Positions 48,935-59,700 of a stretch of 64,000 nt of DNA are shown here, piece after piece. Source of the stretch: Sedimentisphaerales bacterium (GTDB lineage Bacteria > Planctomycetota > Phycisphaerae > Sedimentisphaerales > SM23-30). The position numbers and the translations under genes are program-made. The notes beneath the pieces are model-generated. The model searched no databases. It was given only the letters and a program-made list of their open reading frames with translations, and was not told the origin of the DNA. The first letter of the stretch is position 1; each line of letters starts with the position of its first letter. Where the stretch lies: positions 160,001 to 224,000 of the forward strand of contig CAXXFK010000006.1 of NCBI GenBank assembly GCA_963663965.2, written 5' to 3'.

Positions 48935-51865
48935 ATGACTTCTAAAATGTATAGAATTATATTTTTAATCTTAGCCGCAGCGTTCATCGGACAGGTTGCA
49001 AATGCCGAGACGGTGATTCTTAAGACCACCTATGGCAACGGGGCTGACGCTTCAGCCAGTGAGAGTTATAGTACTGATGCCGGCAATGCGCTGGGAACCC
49101 AAATGGCGGTTATGTATAACGACGTCACGGGCCATGCGATCGGCTTTGTACGGTTCGATCTGTCACAGATTGTTCCCGGCTCGATCACGGGTGCCGAGCT
49201 GCACCTTTTTCCATGGCGTGACCAAACGACATTGGAACACACTGTTTGGGGGCTCAATGACGGGTATAGCGCTGCCGGTACGCATCAGGGAGAATTCTGG
49301 GCAGAAGACGAAACGTTTACCTGGAGTACCGCTCCGGAAACCGTGGTCGATGGCGATGTTGTCCGTGGGGAGACTTTTTCCAACAGCACATCCCTTGGGA
49401 CCTTTACGGCGCCGCAATCTGCGGGCACCGATTTCACGGCTCTTAGCGGGGCGAATCTGGTTAATTTTCTGAATGCCGATACCAACGGTGTGGTCACATT
49501 TATCATCGAACGAATCAGTTCGGTCGGGGGCAACTACATCGTTTATACGACCAAAGAGACCACGGATTTGGTGTACTCCGTCCAGACAGCCGAAGCCGGA
49601 ACGTGGGCTCCTTACCTGGAGTTGGAGGCCCAGTCGTATGCGGTGAGTAACCCTTCTGTGGAGCTTCATGCGGATGAGATTGATCCGGCCGGTCTGACAT
49701 TGAGCTGGGATGCGCCCAGCGCTCCGGGAACCTTTACGTATGACGTCTATATGAGCTCGGCGTTAGACCCAACCTTGCAGTTGGTGTCCGGCGACCAGGA
49801 GGGGACGAGTTATACGCCGTCGCCGGAACTGGCCTATGGAGCAACGTATTACTGGCGAGTGGACAGTCGGCAGAATGGTTCGATCGCGACCGTTGGTACA
49901 GAGTGGTTGTTTACTACCGGTGGCGGCGCAGAAAATCCGTTTCCGGCTGATGGCCAGAGGGTCTATGATCATATGCCCGTCTTGTGCTGGGATGCGACCT
50001 TAGCAAGCTATTATGATGTTTATATCAGCAACGCCCCCGCAGATATGGGAAGCCCGATCCAAACGACGGGTAACTCGCTTCGGGCCTATGGCGATCTCAG
50101 TTCACAGGTTTCGTATTTTCCATATTACTGGCGTGTGGATACGCGTAATGCCCAAGGCGATCTGATGGCGGTCGGCCCGGTCTGGCGTTTTGACATCGGC
50201 CGGCGTATACCGGCTTTTCCATCGGCTGAAGGTGCGGGCCGCTATGCTGAAGGCGGACGCGGCGGCGATGTGTATCATGTAACGAATCTGGATGACGATG
50301 GTCCCGGATCGCTGCGTTATGGGCTGGACAATCCATCCGGACCTTGCACGATTGTCTTTGACGTTAGCGGTAATATTCAGCTGCAAAGCCCCTTGTCAAT
50401 TGGCTCAGATATCACGATTGCCGGCCAGACCGCTCCCGGCGAGGGCATTACCATCTGTGGCTGGCAGACGGATATTAGCGACGCAGAGAATGTCATCATT
50501 CGCTACCTGCGGTTTCGACCCGGGGATACGAATTGTCCTGATTATCAGGCAGATTCGCTAAGTGCGACTAATAGCAGTCATGTGATGATCGATCATGTCA
50601 GTGCTTCCTGGTCGATGGATGAAACCTTATCCGTTACTAAAAATGTTCGTGATTCGACGGTGCAATGGTCGATGATCACCGAGTCGCTGAAATGCTCCTG
50701 TCATCTAAAGGGCTGTCATGGCTATGGATCACTTATTGACGGTGGCGATATTACCTACCACCACAACCTTTATGCGCACCACTCAGGACGCAATCCGCGA
50801 CCTGGAGCCACCGGCCCAGTCAGTACACGGCTGGACTTTGTCAATAACGTCATCTATAATCCCGGCTGGTCCTATGGTTATACGACATCGAATCCTGCCG
50901 GGTTATATATGAACTATGTTGGTAACTATGGTATCAGCGGATTGAATACCACCAACTCGGCATTGTTTGATTGTACGGATACGACGACCCATATCTATCA
51001 GTCCGGCAATCTGATGGATACCAATAAAAATGGTGTTCTTGACGGTACCAACCAGGGCTGGAATACATTCACTGGCCCGGAAGTACAGCATGCTCAGCGG
51101 TTTGACCTGCCGCCGGTCGAAACGCGCAGCGCTGAAGATGCCTATAACCTGGTATTGGATTATGCGGGTGCATCACTGGTTCGTGATGCCGTGGACACAC
51201 GGGTGGTTAACTCCGTGCTGAATCAGACTGGCGGTCAAATCAATTCCCAGGATGATGTCGGCGGATGGCCGGTACTGACGTCACTACCGGCGCCGACCGA
51301 TACGGATCAGGATGGTATGCCGGATGCATGGGAAATCGCCCAGGGACTGAATCCCACTAATCCTGAGGACCGCAATGGAATCGATCTTTTAGACGGGGGG
51401 TATACCCATCTGGAAGTCTATTTGAACACGCTGGCTGGTGGCGGATGGCCCCAGATTGCTTCCGGTGCGCATCCGGCCAACGGAGCCGAAAATGTGGCCC
51501 GCAACGCCATGCTGGGCTGGCTGGCCGGTTCGGGTTTCGATGGCGAGGCGGGCGATACGCATCAGATGTATATTGCTGCGGGTTCTTTGGGAACCGATTT
51601 GCCCGGCTCTCCAACAGCTTCAGTGAGTGCCCCTGTTTTTGATCCGGACTTGGCATTTGAAACCCAATACGTCTGGCGTGTGGATGAAACGATTGACGGG
51701 ACGACCTATACGGGCGATGTGTGGACCTTTACCACCGGTTCACCGCTGTGTGACCCGCCGCTGGCTGGTGATGCCAACGGCGACTGTGTGGTGAATATGA
51801 CGGATTTGGCCCAGCTCGTTGCTGACTGGCTGATGTGTACACATATCAGTGGTAATTGTCCCTGA
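48935..51865 (+). CDS. Secreted pectate lyase (PL1-like) with DNRLRE-like and Fn3-like modules and a dockerin-like tail
   Basis: PAFPSAEGAGRYAEGGRGGDVYHVTNLDDDGPGSLR, TIAGQTAPG, NVIIRYLRFR, IDHVSASWSMDE, HHNLYAHHSGRNPR, DTDQDGMPDAWE. Confidence 0.9.
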   Translation: MTSKMYRIIFLILAAAFIGQVANAETVILKTTYGNGADASASESYSTDAGNALGTQMAVMYNDVTGHAIGFVRFDLSQIVPGSITGAELHLFPWRDQTTLEHTVWGLNDGYSAAGTHQGEFWAEDETFTWSTAPETVVDGDVVRGETFSNSTSLGTFTAPQSAGTDFTALSGANLVNFLNADTNGVVTFIIERISSVGGNYIVYTTKETTDLVYSVQTAEAGTWAPYLELEAQSYAVSNPSVELHADEIDPAGLTLSWDAPSAPGTFTYDVYMSSALDPTLQLVSGDQEGTSYTPSPELAYGATYYWRVDSRQNGSIATVGTEWLFTTGGGAENPFPADGQRVYDHMPVLCWDATLASYYDVYISNAPADMGSPIQTTGNSLRAYGDLSSQVSYFPYYWRVDTRNAQGDLMAVGPVWRFDIGRRIPAFPSAEGAGRYAEGGRGGDVYHVTNLDDDGPGSLRYGLDNPSGPCTIVFDVSGNIQLQSPLSIGSDITIAGQTAPGEGITICGWQTDISDAENVIIRYLRFRPGDTNCPDYQADSLSATNSSHVMIDHVSASWSMDETLSVTKNVRDSTVQWSMITESLKCSCHLKGCHGYGSLIDGGDITYHHNLYAHHSGRNPRPGATGPVSTRLDFVNNVIYNPGWSYGYTTSNPAGLYMNYVGNYGISGLNTTNSALFDCTDTTTHIYQSGNLMDTNKNGVLDGTNQGWNTFTGPEVQHAQRFDLPPVETRSAEDAYNLVLDYAGASLVRDAVDTRVVNSVLNQTGGQINSQDDVGGWPVLTSLPAPTDTDQDGMPDAWEIAQGLNPTNPEDRNGIDLLDGGYTHLEVYLNTLAGGGWPQIASGAHPANGAENVARNAMLGWLAGSGFDGEAGDTHQMYIAAGSLGTDLPGSPTASVSAPVFDPDLAFETQYVWRVDETIDGTTYTGDVWTFTTGSPLCDPPLAGDANGDCVVNMTDLAQLVADWLMCTHISGNCP

Positions 51866-51893
51866 TGGAAAACAGAATTTTTGGAGATATATT

Positions 51894-54652
51894 ATGTTAA
51901 GACAAATACCATCGTCACGAAATATTTTATCTGTGGTTGCGATCCTTATATCCATTAGCGCCTTGGCCGAGGGGATAACAGTGACCACCTTCTTTCCGCA
52001 GACCGGCACATCGGATTTGTGTCCTGATACACCACTGCAGATAACATTCAACGAGGCGCCTTATCTCGGGACAAGCGGCCGCCTTCGTATTTTCAATGCG
52101 GCAGACGATTCCGTTGTTGACACGATTGATTTGTCGGTCTCTCTGCAGCAAAAATACATTGGCGGTGTATTATATAATTATTATCCGGTTATCATTTCGG
52201 GCAATACCGCCAGCATCTATCTGCACGCAAGCGATGTTCTTTCATACGGCCAGACGTATTATGTTCTGACCGATTCCGGAGTTTTTAGGAATTCGGTTGG
52301 TGTACCTTTTGCGGGGATTACGGATCCAATGATGTGGCGGTTTACGATCCGGGCTGCGGGGCCTGCTGCAGGTACGACGTCTCTGTTTGTTGCCGCCGAT
52401 GGTTCCGGTGATTTCTGTACCCTTCAAGGGGCGATTGATTTTGTGCCTGATGACAATAGCGCCCCGACGCTGATCAATGTCAAGAGCGGTATCTATCCGG
52501 AGATTGTACGGGTCCCAGTCGGTAAAGATGCTTTAACCATCCAGGGCGATGGCCGCGATACAACCCGGGTTACCTATTCGAATAATGCTAATTTTAATGG
52601 CGGTACAGATGTTCGCGGTCTTTTTCGTGTCGCCGCGGATGATTTTACGCTGTATGACATAACCCTGCACAACACCACGCCTCAAGGTGGCTCTCAGGCT
52701 GAGTCACTGGTGTTTACCGGGAATCGTGGTTTTATTCAGCAATGCACTTTATTGAGCTATCAGGACACGATTCTTGCTACGGGCCCGGTATATTTTCGTG
52801 ATTGTGTAATCGAAGGAGATGTTGACTTTATGTGGGGTTCTGGCAGATGCTTCTATCAGAACTGTACGATTAAATGCCTGCGTTCTGTCGGGGTGTATCA
52901 CACAAATCCGTAATAATGCCGAGGGCAACGGGAACATTTATGTGGATTGTACGCTGACGGCTTCTCCGGGTGTTTCCGGTGTTTATCTGTCTCGAATTGA
53001 TCCTGTTCAGTTTTCCCTATAGTCAGGTCGTGTGGATTGACTGTGTCATGGGGTCTTTTATCCATCCGGCCGGCTGGTCGATCTCATCCGGAAGTACATC
53101 GAACCTTCAGTTCTGGGAATATCACAGTACGAATCAGAGCGGTGCGTTAATTAATGTTTCACAGCGGCATGCGGCATCGCGTCAACTGACTGATACAGAA
53201 GCGGCCTTCTGGCGCGCCCCTCAGAATGTTCTGGGATGGGTGCCGGTCCCCATACTGCGTATGGCATACAATCCGTTCCCGGCAAATAAGGAAACAGATG
53301 TCGGTAAGGAGACTGCTTTAAGCTGGTCTGCCGGTCTTGACTTCGATGCAGATACAGGCGATGTTCATGAGGTTTATTTAGCGGCCGGCTCCTTAGAATC
53401 CGATCTGCCCGAGTCGCCGACCGTCACTCTCAGTTCCGCCAGTTATGAGCCCATGTTGGAATATGACACGCAGTATGTCTGGCGTGTCGATGAAGTCATC
53501 GATGGGGTCACATATCCTGGCTCTGTGTGGACCTTTACCATTCTTGAACCCATTGCTCTGGCTCCAAACCCAAACAACGGTCAAATAAATGTTCCTCTAA
53601 ACCAGATTCTCAGCTGGCAAGCCGGTCAGGGGTATGATCCCAATACCACCGATGAACATCAAGTATATTTTGCACTTGGCAGTAGCCAGTCGGATTTGCC
53701 TTCCATTCCAACGGCCACGGTCAAATCGGCAGTATTTGATCCTAATTTGCAATGGCTGTCGCAATACGTCTGGCGTGTGGATGAGATTATCGACGGCACG
53801 CGGTATCCCGGCGATGTGTGGAGTTTCACGACGGGGTCACTGCCTGGGGCCGTTGGGCACTGGACACTGGATGACGGTAGCGGTGTGGTTGCGACGGATT
53901 CAACCGACAACCGTTTTGATGCCCTCTTAAACGATGGATCAGACTGGACGGCCGGTCTTTTTGATGGCGCGTTATTGTATTCCTTGGATGCATCGCCAAC
54001 CCTTGCAGAACCCCATCTGATCAGTGTTGATGAATTGTCATTTAGTGCCTGGTTCAATCATGCAGAAACAAGCTCCCATCAGTTTTTTGGGGCAGGCATC
54101 AATAACGGCAGCAACGAATGGTATATTTATCGGTATGGCGGTTACGGGCACATTCAAATTGATACGCCCAGCGACAGTTCCAACACCTGGTACACGGGGG
54201 TGACCCCCTCGGATAACCAGTGGCATCATTTGGTGGTCACTTTTGACCGAACAGCCCGGACAATCCGGCTGTATCTGGACGGAGTCCAGCGGGCTCAAAC
54301 GGTTAAATCAGCGATGAGGCCTAAAACCCTGTATCAGCTTGAATGGGGGGAGGGCATGAACGGCATCATGGATGATATTCAGATTTATGATAAGGTGCTG
54401 ACTGCGCAGGATGTGGCGGGTTTGTATCTTTGCGGCGAAATACCGTCCTTGGCGGATATAAACGGCGATTGCATTGTGGATTTGACAGACCTTTCGCAAA
54501 TGGCGGTTGAGTGGCTTATGGATGTGAATCCGTCGTGCGATCCGCCGCTGGCCGGGGATACCAATGGCGACTGCGTGGTGGATATGACGGATTTGGCTCA
54601 ACTCGCTGCTGACTGGCTGATATGTAGGCATATCAGCGGTAATTGTCCCTGA
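51894..54652 (+). pseudogene. Pectin methylesterase (CE8) with Ig-like, Fn3-like, LamG and two dockerin-like repeats; two frameshifts
   Basis: VAADGSGDFCTLQGAID, GSQAESL, SYQDTI, IEGDVDFMWG, YLSR, GW. Extra bases in GGGG (52890-52893) and TTTT (53011-53014) split it into three frames. Confidence 0.85.
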
Positions 54653-54880
54653 TGAAACATCTTACAAATAAATTTCATGAGTGGATCAGAAAAAACGATA
54701 AAGCTATAGACTTGTTTTCAGACTTATACGCCTGTTTTTATGGATAGCGCCGCTTCCCTGTGTTGCAGTTGTCAAGGAGGGAGTTTAACAGGAAATCTTG
54801 ATGTTAACGATGGCTCAATAAACAGCAGTATCACTGATTATATTGATATAGAGAAAAATTTCAGAGAAAGAGTGAGTATT

Positions 54881-56209
54881 ATGAAAATAATCGAATTACT
54901 TCGGATGATAACAATTGTCATGCTTTTAGGAATTGCTTGTCCGCTTCAGGCATATCCAGCCGATTTTATATTCAAAGACGACACCTTGATAGGTGGTAAC
55001 TTCCAGAGCCATAATCAGAAAGTCGTCTATACGGCTAACGGCATATTTCGCACTGCCGAGGGCGGGCGTGTCTATCACAGTACCGACGGCGGCAGCAGCT
55101 TTAACATGATCTATAACGCCAACATCACCGATCTTAGGTCCCCGACCATTGAGGCGGATGAAGACAATAATGTTTATGTGATTTACCCTGAAGGCGAGTA
55201 CCGTAGGACGCGATTTCTAAAGTTCAGTCCGTCCAACGACTATGCCGCACCGGTGGTCAACAAGGCCCATACGCAGGCCTTTAGCGCCGCAAAATTCGCC
55301 TCATTTTACGATCCGACCCGCTCGGTGATTTATCACGTAACCCAATGGGGCTACTTGTTTACCTTCGATATGGACGGCAATTTCGTTCGCGGCAAGCAGC
55401 TTTTTACAGACGGATCGACCGGTTCGGCTCCGTCCTATCCTCACCTGTTTGTTGATGTTGACGGCATCATTCACTATGGCCTGACGACTCACGATGCCGC
55501 TGGAGCCATCCCTTATGAGACGATTCGCTACCTGAAGTCGCTCGATGGTGGCATAACTTGGAAGAAAATGGACGGCACGACGGTCTCGACTCCAGCCAGC
55601 TCTGATCCTGACAGTACCGGCTCGACACGGATCAATCCAGCCAATAAAACGGCTTACACGACCTGGCTGGCCAATATGCACGCCAAGAACGGCAAGGTGC
55701 ATTTTGTCTGGTATGTGCGCAATTGTGAAGGGCAGCCGACGATTACACAGTATATGCATTATAAGCGATACGATATTGACACCGGCATCTGCGATGTCGA
55801 CAGTTCGCCAAACGGCACCGCCGGTGGGGACCCCCAATGGAAAGGGCAGGATTTAGCACTGATGAATTATTCGGCGGCGTTCGCTTCCAATCCAGACACC
55901 CAAGGCGGACCTCTTTTGGTGGTCGGACATGAAGGCATCCAGCGGCTCATTGCATTGATTAGTTATGACGATGGACAAACCTGGAACGACTATGCTTATT
56001 CTCGCTGGTTTTCACAGTGTTATGATGTTGGATTAGCACGTGCGATAACGGCGCTGAGGATGGCTATCGTGCAGCCGGCAGGAGTCAGAACGCCTCTTAC
56101 CCCAGGATTTCAAACGAGTTTTCGATGCCGATTGAGGGCAGCAGCGGAAAACTACGGGGCTGGAAAGGACAGCTTTATGAAGGCGGCATACGGGTACCGG
56201 CAGTGGTGA
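54881..56209 (+). pseudogene. Secreted BNR/Asp-box (sialidase-like) beta-propeller protein, probably 3'-truncated near 56049 with a read-through tail
   Basis: Signal peptide from MKIIELL (54881); Asp boxes HSTDGGSSF, KSLDGGITW and ISYDDGQTW; the tail overlaps a sulfatase frame. Confidence 0.68.
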
Positions 56210-56592
56210 GCTATCCAAAATTGTTGAAATCGGGCAAGGTTGAACAGCCGGTTCATATTGTGGATTGGATGCCGACACTGTGTGCAGTTGCCGGTTGCAG
56301 ATTACCGGACAATGTCCAGGTCGATGGACAAAATATATGGCCCTGTATCACTGGTCAGAAAACACGAGATGAGCCGAGAGTCTTGTATTGGAGGACTCCT
56401 GATCAGATGGCGCTGCGAAAGGGGGATTGGAAGCTTATTATTCATACCGCCATTGACTCCCAAGCCGAGTTGTATAATATTCAGGCCGATCCCTTTGAAA
56501 AGGACAATTTAGCTGATACGTATCCAGAACGGGTAAAGCAGTTACAGGCATTACTCAATCAAGAACGGAACCAAGACAGTAACAAAAGTTAG
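56044..56592 (+). pseudogene. C-terminal fragment of an arylsulfatase-like (S1) sulfatase
   Basis: The frame starts at DNG (56044), then LRGWKGQLYEGGIRVP, HIVDWMPTL, GDWKL and ELYNIQADPFE; no N-terminal CxPxR motif. Confidence 0.85.
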
Positions 56593-56720
56593 AGGCTGTG
56601 ATGTATCGCTTGATCAGCCCGCTTTGAAATTACAGAACATAAAATGGAAATGCATTTGAGTCTGTTTGCTTTCTACAAATACAGACAATAAAGTTAATGA
56701 AATACATAATTGGAGACAGT

Positions 56721-59700
56721 ATGAAGCAGAGAAAAAAAATTACTGCATTATGCCAGCTCAGCGTTTACCTGATGTTTTCAATCACCGTTCAATCCCTTCA
56801 TGCAGAAAAAGAAGGGTTTACTGAGGATGATTTAACTGGACCAGGTAATATGATGAGTCGTTATCTCTTGGATCAGTCTGACGCTGCTTGGCAGCAGTGG
56901 CAGTTAAATTTTGAAGACGTCAAAACACCAGAGGAAATCCAGGCTTATCAGGAACGGATGCGACCCCTTTTTTTGAAAAGTCTGGGTGATTTCCCAGAAC
57001 GCACGCCGCTTAATGCGCAGGTGGTTGGTACACTGCAGCGGCCGGGATACCGAGTTGAAAAGATTCTTTTCGAAAGCCAGCCCCGGTTTCATGTGACCGG
57101 ATCACTGTTTATTCCCGATTCCGATAAATGGCCCGCTCCTTATCCAGGGGTATTGGTACCCTGTGGTCACACCGAGAACGGAAAAGCGTGGGATGAGTAC
57201 CAGTCCATGGGGGCTCTGTTAGCGCTGAATGGCATGGTTGCGTTGGTTTACGATCCGGTGGATCAGGGCGAACGCATGCAAATAGTCAATAAGGACGGCA
57301 TATACCCTTTTTGGGGCACACGAGGGCACACGATGGCTGGGATTGGCTGTATCCTGCTGGCTCGAAATACGGCCACCTATGAGATATGGGACGGAATGCG
57401 TGCAATCGACTATCTGCAATCCCGGCCGGAGGTCGATCCTGAACGGATCGGCTGTACCGGCAACAGCGGCGGGGGCACACAAACCTCAATGTTGATGGCT
57501 TTGGATCCACGCATCAAAGCAGCGGCACCAAGTTGCTGGATCGAAACCAAAGCAAGACAGTTGCAAGGTCCAACAGGAGATGCAGAACAAAATATTTATG
57601 CAGGACTCAAGAACGGACTAGAGCATGCGGACTTCATTATGATGTGTGCGCCTAGTCCGGTGCTGGTGTGTGCGGCTACCAAAGATTTCTTTGACATTAG
57701 GGCTACATGGGAGGCCTTTCGTTACGCCAAACGTCGCTTTACCACTATGGGACATGCGGAAAAAGTGGATATTCTCGAAAATGATGCCGGTCATAATTAT
57801 AATCGAACCCAACGGGAAGGGGTGGCTCGTTGGATGGCACGATGGCTTCAAGATCGTGTGGTAACGATTACTGAACCTGAGCTTGATTTGTTTTCAGAAA
57901 AAGAGTTGCAGTGTACTCCACGAGGGCAGGTGATGCTGCTGGCCGGTGAACGGTCTATGTACGATATAAATAAGGAGATGGAAACACAGTATGCCGGCTT
58001 GCGTGCAAAGCGACTCAAAGAAATGACATTGGAGGAGATACAGTCAAAAATTCGGAACATTGCGGTTATTCGCAAATTGGAACAACTGCCGCCTCCCAAA
58101 GTTGAAAAGCATCAGACAACGCAATCGGATGGTGGTAGTGTTTGCTATTATACTATTTGGCCGGAAGATGGTATCTGGCTGCCGGCGGTATTGTACTGTC
58201 CCGCAACAGTTGAAAAGGATCCTATTTTGTTACTGCATGAAAATGGGAAAAAGGCTGTCGAAGAGGAATCGCTTCGTCGAATGAAAAGTGGTCAACCGGT
58301 ACTGGCTGTCGACCTGCGGGGCACGGGTGAGACTGAACAGACGGCACAAACCAAATTTGGCAAACTAATAGGTTTGGACTGGGAGGATTATTACAGGGGC
58401 TATGTATTGGGCCGATCGTATGTCGGTATGCGTGCTGAAGATATTTTGATCTGTGCCCGCTGGCTTGGGAGCCAGTATCAAACGGATGCGGTCGCGGTTG
58501 ATGCGACGGGGCATATTGGTGTTCCTGCATTGCATGCGGCCGCGTTGGAACCCCATCTGATCAAAACGCTGCATCTTGATCAGACCTTAGCATCCTGGCG
58601 TATTGTCGTTTCTCAACGCCCAACCTATAATCAATTAATCAATACGATTCATGGAGCACTGCGGGTTTATGATCTGCCGGATCTGGCGGCCTTAGTGCCG
58701 GATCGGATCACGATCGAGCATCCTGTTGATGCTCAACGCAATCCACTGCAACAATTACAGCAATCTTATACGGTTGTCCGGGATTCAAAAGAATCAACTT
58801 TCGATATTACTGATTATGGTGCGGTTGCCGGAGGCGAACAATTATGTACTGCAGCGATTCAAAAGACCGTCGATGCGTGTCATCAGGCTGGCGGCGGACA
58901 AGTTATTGTGCCGAAGGGGACTTTCTTGTGCGGCGGCTTGATTCTCAAAAGCAATGTTAATTTGTATTTGGCCGAGGGGGCTCGACTTCTCGGTAGTGCA
59001 AATCTTGAAGATTATCCGATCAAGATTCCGGAATTCAAATCTCGGACTAACGATCTTTATGTCAATCGGAGCATTCTTTATGCTGAAAAAGCGAAAAATG
59101 TATCGGTGACTGGCCTGGGGATAATCGATGGCAATGGGCGTGATCCAGCGTTTAGCCGCACCTATCCTCAGAAAAATCGACCGTTTGTGGCTCGTTTTGT
59201 TGAATGTGAAAATCTGACCATCCGGAATGTATCGATGTTGGAGTCGGCAAACTGGACCTGTCATCTGCTTGGTTGTGATCAGGTGACAGTTGATGGTCTA
59301 AAGATTCGCAACTCTGTTCGTGCTAACCGCGACGGACTTGATATTGACAGCAGTCGAAATGTGTCGGTGACCAATTGCCAAATATATTCCCAAGATGACG
59401 CGATTGTACTCAAGAGTACGTCTTACGAGCCGGCCAAGCAGATCCTGATAGAAAATTGTGAAGTCTCTTCTCATGCCTCCGGGATTAAAATGGGAACCGA
59501 ATCCAGCCGCGGTTTTGAAGATGTCATTATCCGCCACTGCAAGATACGGGATGTGCCAAATGTCTCAGGACTGGGTTTTATGATTGTCGATGGAGGTTCA
59601 ATCCGGAATATCCAGGTCAGTGACATTGTAATGGATCGTGTCAATGTGCCCATCTTCCTGCGTCTGGGTAAACGATCCCGTCCTGTTGCCGCGGGCGATC

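Noticed and set aside
54740..54880. N-terminal extension of ORF 54740
   Set aside because: The signal peptide begins at ATG 54881; the upstream codons look non-coding.
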